From Octopus bimaculoides (taxonomy: Eukaryota), in assembly GCF_001194135.2 (NCBI RefSeq), contig NC_068998.1:31071996-31135995 (forward strand): 64,000 bases of DNA, in the 5' to 3' direction. Of this stretch, positions 47,786-59,617 are shown piece after piece. Under the pieces are notes generated by a model that was given only the letters and a program-made list of their open reading frames with translations, had not been told where the DNA came from and ran no database searches. A program made the translations under genes and the position numbers. Every line of letters starts with the position of its first letter. The first letter of the stretch is position 1.

Positions 47786-49700
47786 TCTTTAGACCCTAAA
47801 CCCATTGGCCTATGACCTCTGTAGCAAGTGGCCACTTTAGAAAATGGAGGAAGAAAAGATCTTGTTACTACATATCAACAACAAGGGATTGTTGCTATTT
47901 GCAGTTGACTTTGTTGGCTGGTGGATCCCAGGATGCCAGCAGGAATTTCCTGAAGTGCAAGCAGGGTCCAAAAACTTCAGTCCTGAAGTTAAGGATGTTT
48001 TCCGGATCAAGGGAGTTTACAATGCTTGGTCCCATTGATGTAGGATCTTCCATGATATTACGTGTGGAGTTCCTTCGTCTTTCAGCCACCATACATGGCT
48101 GCTAAGGCTGTAGTGTATCTCCTCTCCGGGATCCTGAAAGAGGATTTGGGGTTGGAGATGCACTGCTTGAATGTGTTCCTGGAACATCTGATGTATATTC
48201 ATGTGTGGGTGTTGGTAATGCTGTATCTGTTGTTGTTGATGCTGCTGCTACTGCTGTTGGCATTGGTACTGGTGTCATTAAAGCTGGCATTGGTGTTGGT
48301 GCTGGCACCTGTGCCATTAATGCTGGCATAGGGGACATCATTGATGGTGGCGCTGTGGGTGATATAGTCATCGTTAGTGTTGCTGAAGCTGTTATTGGTG
48401 CCATCATGATAGCTGATGTTGTTGTTATTATTGTTATCATTGGTGATGGTGGTGGTGCTGCTATTTCTATTTGAATTTAGAGACCACATCTACATACTAG
48501 GCACTAACACCCACAGAAGGAAGTGCCGCAGTAATATCATTTGGAGTGCCCCCCACTTCTCCCTTAACATAAAAACGTATGTAGGTAGGATAATCGTTAG
48601 GCTAGTAGATAAACACTTCACACGATCACAGGTACAGACGCATTTTCAGACACAACCTAAGGTTCTCTTTTAGCTGTGTCCCCAATATTAAGAGCATTCT
48701 AGTTAATGCCCCTATGCCACAAGTGGAGGTGGGATGCTCATGCAGAGACTACAACAGATGCCCAGTAGGAAACCATTGTGAAAACAAGGGAGTCATCTAT
48801 GAAGCTGAGGTAGTAGCTAATACTAGTAGCAACAGCAGCAACTTCCCTAGTGACAACTACAGTAGCAGGAATGGCAGAACCAACTGTGATGGCAGCAACC
48901 CGAACAAAAATAGCAGCAGCCAATGATAACAATAACAACATCGACAACATCAGCCACTACAATAGCACCAATAACAGCTCCAGCAACACCAATGACGATG
49001 GTTATAATACCACCCACAGCACCACCACCACCACCAACACCAGCTTTAACGATGCCAACAGCACCAGCAACAGCGGTAGCAGCAGCAAAACCATCAACAG
49101 ATACAGCATCACCAACACACACAAAGATACATCAGATGTTCCAGGAACACATTCAAGTAACACCTCTCTGACCACAGATCCTATTTCAGGATCCCAGAGA
49201 GGAGATACACTTCATCCTTAGCCAAACATATTTGGTGGCTGAAAGACGAAGGAACTCCACACATAATATCATGGAAGATCCTAGAAAAATCAGGTCCTTA
49301 CATTAATGGGACCAAGCATTGTAAACTGTGCATAACCAAATGGACAAGGATATTAAAGGACTCCCTTGACCCTGGGAACATCCTTAACTCCAGGACAGAA
49401 GTTGTTGAACCCTGCTTACACTTCACGAAATTCTTGCTAGTGTCCTGGGATCCACCAGCCAACAGGATCAATTACAGATTGTGATCAAAGGGTGACAATC
49501 CCTTTTTGTTGACATAGTAATGAGGTCTTTTCTTCCTCCATTTTCTAGAGGGGCCATAGGTCAACGGGTTTAGGGTCTGAAGAAACGTAAAGCTGATTGC
49601 TTTATGGACGTGAAACCCAGGGTAACCCCATATACCAGCCATATCTATTTTTATTTATATACTCTATTACTCTATAACTTAGAGTATACTTCTTTTTTTG
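47786..49700 (+). mobile_element. Naiad-like Penelope element 3' part with inverted duplicate
   Basis: NIIWSAPHFSLNIKTYVG, CSCRDYNRCPVGNHC, VIYEAEV, YIRCSRNTFK, LAKHIWWLK, CKLC; 47786-48476 (-) duplicates 48905-49583 (+). Confidence 0.85.
49573..49628 (+). ncRNA. Canonical type I hammerhead ribozyme at PLE 3' end
   Basis: GGGT-CTGAAGA-A-ACGT(19)ACGT-GAAA-CCCAGGGT-A-ACCC; GUA site, cleavage predicted after A49624. Confidence 0.85.
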
Positions 49701-49741
49701 ATTTATGATTTACTGATGATATATATATATGTATATATACA

Positions 49742-50270
49742 CAGGATAATTGAAAAGTAACCCCCTATTTTAAAATACTTATAAATTATTTATTAATTGT
49801 AATTTTTACAAAGAAATGGATATGAGAGGAAAGCTTTTAGTATGAGGTTTTATTTAAAATTTGGTATGGGCTTCAGATGTTGCCACCAGCTTCTTGAGTT
49901 GTCCAGGAATTGTGTCAACTGATTTCATCAGAAACTCTTGTGGGATGGAAGAAGACATAATTTCTTGTATTTGCTCTTCAACTTCTTCCAAAGTCTTTGG
50001 TTTAATACAATAGACTTGTTCTTTTAACCAACTCCAAAGAACGAAGTCACAGGGTATTAAGTCAAGACTCCTGGCTGGCCACTCATGTAGACCACGATGA
50101 CCCATCCATCTCCTGAGGAAGTGGGCATTCAGCCATTCATGAATGACGAGCAATATGATTACGGATTAAATTCTCATACTTCAAAAAACGAAACAAAGAA
50201 TTTGAGAAAACAATTGCAATTAATTATTTATAAGTATTTTAAAATAGGTAGTTACTTTACAATTACCCTG
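49742..50270 (-). mobile_element. Internally deleted Tc1/mariner-family element (529 bp)
   Basis: ~55-bp TIRs CAGG(A/G)TAATTG..AAAGTAAC..CCTATTTTAAAATACTTATAAAT; WPARSLDLIPCDFVLW (WPPRSPDL-like) in ORF 49854-50153. Confidence 0.87.
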
Positions 50271-51557
50271 TATATATGTGCACACACACGCATTATGTGA
50301 CCAATATTTTCAACCCAGACATTACAATTGTATCTGATTCTTCAAGTGCTTCAGTTGCTTCAATTCTGTGTATGTACATATATTTACTAGATTGCTGGCA
50401 TTTATCACTGGTTTCTCCCATTGTATTGATGTGCCATTTCCCATCATTGATAAAACTGTCAGCATTTTTTGATGGCACAGGTATGCTAGTCAGTAAATAA
50501 CGATAAATACATCAGCACCATAGTTGTACCCACTTGTACACATATAATTGTATATACATACCAGTTATATTGCACAATAGAGATGCACCTCAGTATAATA
50601 AAGTAGAAGTGCCAATCACTAAGTGTGGAGGGAACCTGTAGAAGAGGTAGACCCAGGAAGACATGGGATGGGGTGGTGAAGTACAGTATTTGGATGTTGG
50701 GTCTCATGGAGGCGATGACAAATGATTGAGATCTTTGGTAATTTGCTTCTTAGGAATATATTTAATATATTCAGTATATCCTGTACTAGCTAATGTTGCA
50801 TTATAATAATCTGCATGTAAGTTGAATATTACTTCATTCACAGACAGCCTTGTATTGGACACATTATTTACTATTCTTTTTATAATTCAATGTGGATAAT
50901 TTGATTTTTATTTTTTGATATACCTTAGATTTTGATTAGGCTTATGATATGGTTCATAGAAACCAGTACTTAAGTGTTATGCTTAGAAAATTCACTACAC
51001 AATTTTCAATGGCTATAGATAGTCTGAAATAAAAAAAAAATTTAATAATCTTTTATATATATCTTTCCATTTCTACTTTGCTAAAATTATATACTATGAA
51101 GATAGTGCTGTTCTTACATAGACCTCTCCACAACTTAGGAAACCAGGATTCCATCTGGACAAGAATGTAAATTTTGAGTTGTGTTGTTTCATTCTTTTGT
51201 TATGTCAGAATAGTCCATTCTATCCAATCTTGTCCAAAACTTATCATCAAAATCTGTTAGTGTGTTCTGCCCAGCTTATATAATAAAACCAAGAAATAAC
51301 TGTATCTTGTTTCACCACCAAGAAATCATTGCATATAATTTGGCTGCCACAGGAAAAATCAGAAGCACATGTTATGCACTCCTTCAGAAAATTGCAAGAT
51401 GCTCAACTGACAAAAATTAAAAGCTATTTACCATTCCCACTAATAGATCACTTGTATACATGCATGAATGTATAGTTATAGGTGTATGTGTGTGTGTGCA
51501 TATGCATTTATTTGTATGTGAATAGATGTGTATTTCTATATGTGTGCATGCATAAAT

Positions 51558-51896
51558 GTGGAAAGGTGCATGGCTCAGTGGTTAGAGTGTTGGGCTCACA
51601 ATCATGAGGTAGTAAGTTTGATTTCTGAACCAGGTTGTGTTGTGTTCTTGAGCAAGACACCTTATTTCATGTTGCTCCAGTTAGCTCAACTGTAGGAATG
51701 AGTTGTGATGACACTAGTGCCAAGTTGTATCGAACTTTACCTTTCCCTTAGATAACATTTCCCTTAGATAACATTGGTGGTATGAAGAGGGGAGGTTGGT
51801 ATGCATGGGTGACTGGTGGCCTTAAATAAAAATTTTGCTTGGACTTGTGCCTCAGGGAGTAACTTTCCATGGTCATTCATGACCAAAGGGGGTCTT
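51558..51896 (+). mobile_element. tRNA-derived SINE with CORE-like domain
   Basis: TGGCTCAGTGG A box, TTCTTGAGCAAGACAC motif. Confidence 0.75.
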
Positions 51897-52202
51897 TACT
51901 TACTATATGCATGAATGTATATTGCCACAGCAGCTAGTGACATTTTTTTACACTTAGAGCATGACATCAAAACTAGGTAACACAAATGCATGCGCACATA
52001 TGTTCGTATGTGTATGCACATGCACACACACACACACGCACACAGAGAGGAATAGTTGTTAAAAAAGAGGCAGTAGTTTGTTATTTCTTTAACTTGAACA
52101 CTGACGCTGCTGCTGTCACCCAAACTTTAACTATTGCCCTTTTTCTTTTATTAGACTTTTTCAATGTCCTCATTCAACACCCACCTCCTTTTAAATATTG
52201 GT

Positions 52203-52415
52203 TTGAAATTTTGGCACAAGACCAGCAATTTAAAGGAAGGCGTAAGTTGATTACGTCAGCTCTAGTGCTCAACTGGTACTTATTTTATTAACTATAAAAG
52301 GATAAAAGGCAAAGTCAACCTTAGTGGAATTTGAACTCAGAACATAGAGATAGACAAAATGTCACTAAGCATTTTGCCCGGCATGCTAATGATCCTGCCA
52401 CCTCACTTACCACCT
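52203..52415 (-). mobile_element. tRNA-derived SINE (family of 5158-5388) with 19-bp TSD
   Basis: CCTCCTTTTAAATATTGGT at 52184-52202 and 52416-52434. Confidence 0.85.
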
Positions 52416-53920
52416 CCTCCTTTTAAATATTGGTATTTGCAATATCATGCCTGAATAATTTATTGCTGGATACCAATAAATTTGATTTGCATGACTTTTT
52501 GCCACTGCACCACACTGCTGTAGCTGACTACTATAAGCTTACATGATATGCATTTAGTTTTATTGACTAATTCACAATTTAAAGACTGTTATTATTGTTG
52601 ATGTTATGTTTAGTGTGGTTATTGCTATTGCTATGAATGAAGTAAACAAATAGTTTCTGAAAATATTACATTTAAATCCCTTTAATGTTAGTATTTAAAC
52701 AGGAGTCAAAATCTTAAAAACTATTTAGCTAATGTATCACCACTCATACTCCTACCTTTCACCACAGTACCCATACAAAAATCTTCCACTGGTTATTTTG
52801 AGAAGCACTACTTATTCACATCATTGTCATTTCATATCTGCTTTCCATGCTGTTATGGGCTGGATGATTTGATTCCAATAGGTTCCAATAGTTTGGAGGA
52901 TCATGTCTTACTTCAGTGTCTCAGTTTTGGCATAGTATCTGCAGCTGGATACATCTCCTAATATCATCTATTTTATAGAGTCTAGTGGTTGCTTTGTTCA
53001 TGGAAACAGCTCTAGTGAGGTCACATTGTAACTTAGAGGATGAAGGAGTCCCTCAAATGAGAGGGAGAATTTTAGAGAGGGTCGTGGCATTGTGTAAACT
53101 TTCAGTTGTTAAAGTATGATAGCAGGGATGGGAATAGATTTGTTGTGGAGATGATTCATCTTTTCTTATTTGTCTTGTGTCTATTTTTCCTTGTTAGCAA
53201 AGATCAGATGAATACATATTATTGAAACATTGTTTTTCATGTAAGAGATTTTGTATTCTGTATGTTTTTGTAAGTGTAGAGCTAGTGGACAGTTCATTGA
53301 CAAGGATATGTGACACACTTCATTGTTCGTAGTTCACATTTTTTTCTTTTTTGCAATGTGCAGGAAGTAAATATTCACACACACACACATACACACTCTT
53401 GATGGACTTCATACAGTTTTGTCTACCAAATACCAAATTTACTCACAAGTTATTGGTTCACCATACATAAGATATTTGTTCAAGATATTGTGCAGTAGGA
53501 GTGAACTTGACACCATCTGCTTGTGAAGTTGTTAACCACATAGTTATTCTTGGGCCTGCCTGTCTGTCTGCATGCCTTCTTGCCTGCTCATCCATAAGCA
53601 GTCATATCCTGCATATTTTTTTAAGGTGTAGAGCCAGCCATTCCCTCTGAAAGAGGAAATGACAACAATATCATCACTTATAATCCTGTAATTTTTTGAG
53701 AAGTGCAAATGTAAATAAACAGACAAACTCAGAAAGAAAGAGAGACAGAGACAGAGTGAGAATGAGAATGGGCTTTGTATAGTTTCTGTGTACTATTTTC
53801 ATTTATAAGGCATTGGTCAGCCGAGACTATAGCAGTAGACAGTTGCCCAAGGTGCAATGGAACTGAATTTGAAATTATGTGGTTGTGAAACAGCCCATCT
53901 GTTAAATGTATGTATGTATG

Positions 53921-54001
<81 letters not shown>

Positions 54002-54446
54002 TTCAGTTAAAAGGATTCATTAAGAATCAATGCACATTATGTAGAACACCAGTGATTGGCTAGAAGAATCACAGACAGCAAACAGGGAAATAATCCATCA
54101 TCATAGATGCCAATTACACAGAATTTGCTACTGTTGTTAGGTAATTCTCAATTTCAATTATTTACCAATGATCTGATTAATAGGAGAACTCTTAGTGTGG
54201 CACAAGTATAATCAATAACAGATAAATGGAATATAAGTTCTGTCAAATTTTCCATTTTATGCCAGCAATGACAGTGAATATAAATTGATAATGATGATAT
54301 ATAATATAAATGTGTGTGTATGCATATAATACATACACATATGTATATAGGGAAAGAGAGAGAGAACCTTTTTGGTAATACTAATGCACATCTACATCAA
54401 GAAAATTGAAAATGTTTCCACTTATTTTATTTCTCTTCTGTTCCAG

Positions 54447-54590
54447 ATGGTTTTGATTTTAAAAAAGGAGGTTGTAAAGACAAATAATGTTGAGTATGAA
54501 GATACTGGGAAATACCGACAGTTACTGGTGCGTACTCTGCATCAATGCAGCGTTAAATTTCCTGATGTTGCCAGTGCTATAATACCAGTG
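54447..54590 (+). CDS. COPB1: Coatomer subunit beta, internal exon ([48 protein letters not shown])
   Basis: Pyrimidine tract and CAG acceptor, GTAAGT donor; 144 nt; directly continues ...TIEE; [11 protein letters not shown] motif. Confidence 0.96.
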
Positions 54591-54739
54591 GTAAGTCTTT
54601 TTTGTTATTTGCTAGTTATATTGACAGGCAACCCCAATAGCTTTTTTCTCAATTTTCAGCTGTGTAGAGAACAATAAGGCTATTTATGCTATGTTGTAAA
54701 ATATGTGATTAAGAATATTAAGACAGAGCAATTAATTAG

Positions 54740-55800
54740 ATCACCAAGGTAGTCACCATAATGCTGGAAACACCTAGTGAAGGAGGATTTTCCCTGTTTA
54801 CTTATATTGTTGATCAGATAGTGCATAAGGTGTTATCCCAGTCAGAGAACTAGCTTAGATGAGATGGAGTTGCAGTTGTGTGGCATGTGATGCTTCTAAT
54901 GCTCACTTCTTAGCAAGGTAATTGCAAGAGAAGTTTATAGCCAAGAAGTCATTATACCTAGCATTTTTTTTGAGAGGGTTCATGCTCTGTAATCCAGTGG
55001 TTTCTTAGAAAATGGGAACAGAATGTTTTGTGAGAGCCATACAAGGATTGTTGTGAAAGTTGGCAGTGCTTACAATGAGGTATTTAGTGTGCAGATAAGT
55101 GTTCATCAGGTTTTAATCACCCTTCTATTTATTATTGTTCTCCAAACTATAGTGGAAGAGTTTAAGAGTCTGTCCATTAGAACTTCTGTATATTGATAAC
55201 CTAGTTCTTATATCTACGCAAGCCAATGAAGGAAAGTTCTAAACATGGAAGGAGGGTTTAGAATTGAGAGGCTTTAAGGTCAATTTAGCAAACTATGAGT
55301 ACACAAGTGATGTGAGATCTTGGGTATGTTGAGAGAGGGGAATTTATATGTAAGAGAAATGCACAGGAGTACCTAGCACTTAGAATACTTGATTTTCTCA
55401 GTTGCCATGAAGGCTCATTAGAATTAGTTGACAGCTTCTGCCAAATAACCTAATCAACAGAGGAGATTGATGTGATGAAAGCATAGTAACCAGATAAAGA
55501 CAAGGTGGAAAATGTTCAAGGAACTATTACCTGTTTACAACAGAGGCTTCTCTCTCTGTTTGTTTGATTGTCTGTATGATGCTTATGTATGAAGTGCAGT
55601 ATTATATGGTAGTAAGCCAAGGACACTGAACATGGAGAATATGCAAAGACTGAAAAGAAATGAAACAAGCATACTCTACTGGGTATATAATGTTAGTGTG
55701 CATAAATGATAGGGCATCAGAGTTATCTGCTGTTGTGTACAAGAGAGAAAACTCTGAAGGTATGAATGTGTGATATGCTTAAAGAATGACTGTTGGGTGA
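54740..55800 (+). mobile_element. Highly decayed RTE fragment
   Basis: Residual similarity to the RT region of 36495-40070. Confidence 0.5.
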
Positions 55801-55820
55801 AAATGTCAAATGATATACAT

Positions 55821-56039
55821 GCTGAGATCCCCTTCGGTCATGACTGACCATGGGATTGCACCTAGAAAGTTACCCTCTGAGGCACAAGTCCAGGCAAGGT
55901 TGGTTTTCCATGGAAGACCAGCAGTCGCCCATGCATACTGGTCTTGCTCAAGAACACAACACGCAGCCCGGTCCGGGATTCGAACTCAACCTCGCGATCG
56001 TAAGCTTGACGCTCTAACCACTGAGCCATGAGCCTTCAC
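55821..56039 (-). mobile_element. Young internally deleted SINE (family of 51558-51896) with 12-bp TSD
   Basis: AATGATATACAT at 55809-55820 and 56040-56051; CpGs retained; central domain missing. Confidence 0.85.
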
Positions 56040-56249
56040 AATGATATACATAGGAACTTTTTAAAGAGGATGTTTGAAAAAGATGTGAGTAGAAGTGGTT
56101 AACGCTGATATAGGATGCTAAGCCTTGGAAAGATACCAACAAAGACTTGTGACTAAACCAACCAATACCAACATGGAATAGTGGATACATAAATAATGCT
56201 AATTCATTTTCTTTTGCTAATTTTCTCTTTAATTATTGCTGTGCATCAG

Positions 56250-56475
56250 TTTAACTTACCTCATAATATGATAAGGAATAAAAATAATGAATAAAAAATA
56301 TATATAAAGAAACAAACCTAAAAGACATTAATATTATTATTAAAAGTTATATTTGAATATTTTTAGCTCGTAACTTTTAATAATAATATTAATGTCTTTA
56401 ACTTAGGGATTACATTACAGGTTTGTTTCTTTATATATATTTTTTATTCTTTAACATATTATGAGGTAAGTTAAA
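56250..56475. repeat. AT-rich interrupted palindrome preceding a hammerhead
   Basis: Arms such as AAAGACATTAATATTATTATTAAAAGTTA / TAACTTTTAATAATAATATTAATGTCTTT around ~56360. Confidence 0.75.
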
Positions 56476-56503
56476 CTTTTAGGTTTTTAGATCTTTTAGG
56501 TGT

Positions 56504-56624
56504 TTGACCTGAAGAGTGACTGCTTTTGGGAGTAAACTCATTTTTCCATTCTAATGAACTTGGATATGGTTTTCTTATATGATTTTATATAGTCCTAATT
56601 CAGCCATGAAACGCGCGTAGTCGA
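56504..56624 (+). ncRNA. Type I hammerhead with 78-nt loop II
   Basis: TTGAC-CTGAAGA-GTGACTG(78)CAGCCAT-GAAA-CGCGCGT-A-GTCGA; palindromic helix III ACGCGCGU, GUA site; one mismatch in helix II. Confidence 0.72.
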
Positions 56625-56885
56625 TGTACAAGTACTTACTTTTATACATTATATTATTGTATTAATTTTTATTATTCAATTTATACTTTATTTGATTTTT
56701 CTCGCCCATTTTTCTATTTAAGGTTTTCTTCAATATTTTTTTAAAAAATAGGATGAATCTATATTAAATTCATTTGTTTTGTTCATTACGCATCCATGAC
56801 CGTTATTTGAAACGACCACTCAAACAGATCTGTGTGTTTCAAATTTTATATTACTTTTGATTGCATTGTTATTCCTTTCCATTTC

Positions 56886-56933
56886 TAACAAAACTGTCCG
56901 ATGAACGGGAACGTGAAACTCAGTCTTTTGTTA
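56886..56933 (+). ncRNA. Hammerhead-like motif with 4-nt insertion in the core
   Basis: TAACAAAA-CTGTCCGATGA-ACG GGAA CGT-GAAA-CTCAGT-C-TTTTGTTA; 8-bp helix I, GUC site. Confidence 0.65.
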
Positions 56934-59617
56934 TATTTCTGCTGCTTTTAAATAAAGCATATTACTCAACATCTGGTATTTGAGTACTCTTTTTTCCACC
57001 TTGTTGCACATTTTATGTGCTTACTCCGGTATATATATATATACATACACACACGTGTGTGTGTGGAAGAAGTGGTATTAACATCATACATCTAAATCAC
57101 ATTCATCTTATCATTGGACATTGAAATATGTACTAATAAATAAATTTTACTTACACACTCTCAACTCTTATATTTAAAAAAAAATACCAAAGACTTGGTG
57201 CTTTCGTGTGTGCTCATGAGAAGCACAAACCAATTAAAACAGGTGATGACATTCTGGTGTCTTGAATCATTCATACTTTGTTTATCTTGCTGTCATTAAA
57301 ACTGATACTGATAATGACAAGGATAATGTTATTGTAATGATAATAATAATTACGATAATCATAAAAATTTTGTCCTTTGTTACAATCTCCTTTAGTATTA
57401 TTTTCAATATAGAATTTTTTGAAAATGCATGTAGTATGATAGATAAAGCAGTTTAAGATATGAAGACTGGGAAAACCTCTAGTCAATCAGGAATTACTTC
57501 CAAGATGCTTCAAATATCTAGCAGAGTAGGGTATAGTCTAGTCACCAATATAGTTAATCAGGTTTTACAGAACATGTCTTACCTGAGTGATATCTTGGTG
57601 AAACTTGAGATTCCAGAAGCACAATGTATGTATGCATATGTATGGGTGTATATAGACATAGACATACAGACAACTAAGCCCTCATTCAATTTCTTCCTCA
57701 AGTATTCCTCACTGCTTATCATCTCTCATTCACTAACAACTTTTAACTATAGTATTCTGTGACTGTAGTAATTAAATTGCCTATTTCAACATCTTTTTCT
57801 ATGATACCAGTTCTCTTTCTCATTGCCTGGAACCACTTCACTTTTAGTCTAGCCTTCATCCCTAATATTGCTCTTTGTCACTCACATTTTACATTGATCA
57901 TCATTTTGTGTTAGCAAATGATCTGTCCTTCTCAACCTCCATACATCTCTTACTCTCCTCATGTGTTACATATCCGCTCACTCTTTCGAACTACCCACCC
58001 ACATATCATTGCCCTTTTTCTCATCCCTTCCTTGTCAGCAGATTAGTTATAATAATGTATCAATATTAGGTATCCCTATAGAGTGCTGTACAATGGAGAC
58101 AAGCACAGTTTGAACATAAATAAATTTTTGTATGAAAAATTATATATCATTTGAAAGCTTTGGATGTGAACTTCTCATATATGCAACAGTTACATATCAT
58201 GTTAGGGTCCCTCAAACATCCTGGTCTTTTCATGCATTTTCCATGTTTGTCTTTTTTTTTATCTGCTAAACAGTAGCTCTTGTTCTAGTTCAATGTGCTC
58301 GAGCACTATAACTCGAGTTTAGTTAAAAATTATATACACACATAAATGAATGTTTGAGCTTTATTTTGATATAAAAATCAGATAATCGTTATGAAATATA
58401 AAAGTGAAAATTTTATTGTTAATTTTCACTTAGAAAAGAACATAATTTCTTCAAGAGTTTTAGACCATTAGAAAAATTTTTTGCTAAATCATCATGAAGA
58501 TTGCTGATTCTGACCAAGGTAGGGCAAAAAAGCACAAAGTGAAAAAACGAAGGTGGTATACTGATGCTTTTTGTATATGATTAGCACATATTGACGCTAC
58601 TTGTCAAACTGATGGCTTCCCACTCAGCAAAAGGTCATGCACAAAACAAATTCAAGGATTCAAATATCAATTTTGATCCAGAATTTCAAGAAATGGACAA
58701 ATTAATTGGTAAGTCAACATATTTCTCCAAGAATTTGCACTAAATTCAGTTAAATAGGGCCTCTAGAGTCCAAAATTAGCAGGTAATTGTCATATTGATG
58801 TTTATTCCTTATTGCTTTGTACTGAGCAATATATGAATTTTATCTCTTACATATTCTTGTATGAGTGAATTTCATATTTCTTAGAGAAATATTGGTCTGT
58901 TTTCATCAATAAAAATTATATTGTGCAGTGAATATTATTTTGTTGGCTATTAAAATCTGATGTGATGTTTTAAAAATTTTTTCCACAATTTTGAATACAG
59001 TTGGATGTTTTTTCATAATGCTTACATTTTCACAAGTGCTGATTTTCACTTTATATTTCGTAACAATTATTTGGTGTACCACCATTGAGATTTATATTGA
59101 AATAAATCTAAAAAATTCCTCTGCCTGCATGTATGATTATCAACACAACTTAAGTTATAGCGCTCAAATGCACTGAACTAGATTGAGGGCTACCATTTAG
59201 CAGTCAAAGAAATTACTGGATAAACTTTGTGAACGAGTGGAAATACCAGAGTATTTGAGGTTCACTGACATCTTATGAAAGTGTTAGATTTTGATTAAAA
59301 CTATATGAGAACAAAGTTCATATCCAGAACTTTCAAATGATATATAATTTCCCAAGGAAAATAGGTATTTTGTCATGAAAATGATGTACAAAAAATGGGG
59401 TTTTGTATGGTCAAGTTTTGTGTGTCATCCCTTCTAGAGATCTATTCAAGGATACTTATTAAATTTATTGTAAAACTCCAAACTTAGAAAGATTCAGTTT
59501 TGTACCCCATACCAGTGTATCAAAACTGAACTCCCTATAGACAATGGATCACAGTATAACCATGCCTGAATATACCTGAAATGCTTGTGATAGCTGTAAT
59601 TTCATGTAATTATTTGT

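Noticed and set aside
48924-48926. In-frame TGA in a Naiad-like ORF as possible selenocysteine
   Set aside because: Immediately followed by TAA, and it coincides with a frameshift in low-complexity sequence.
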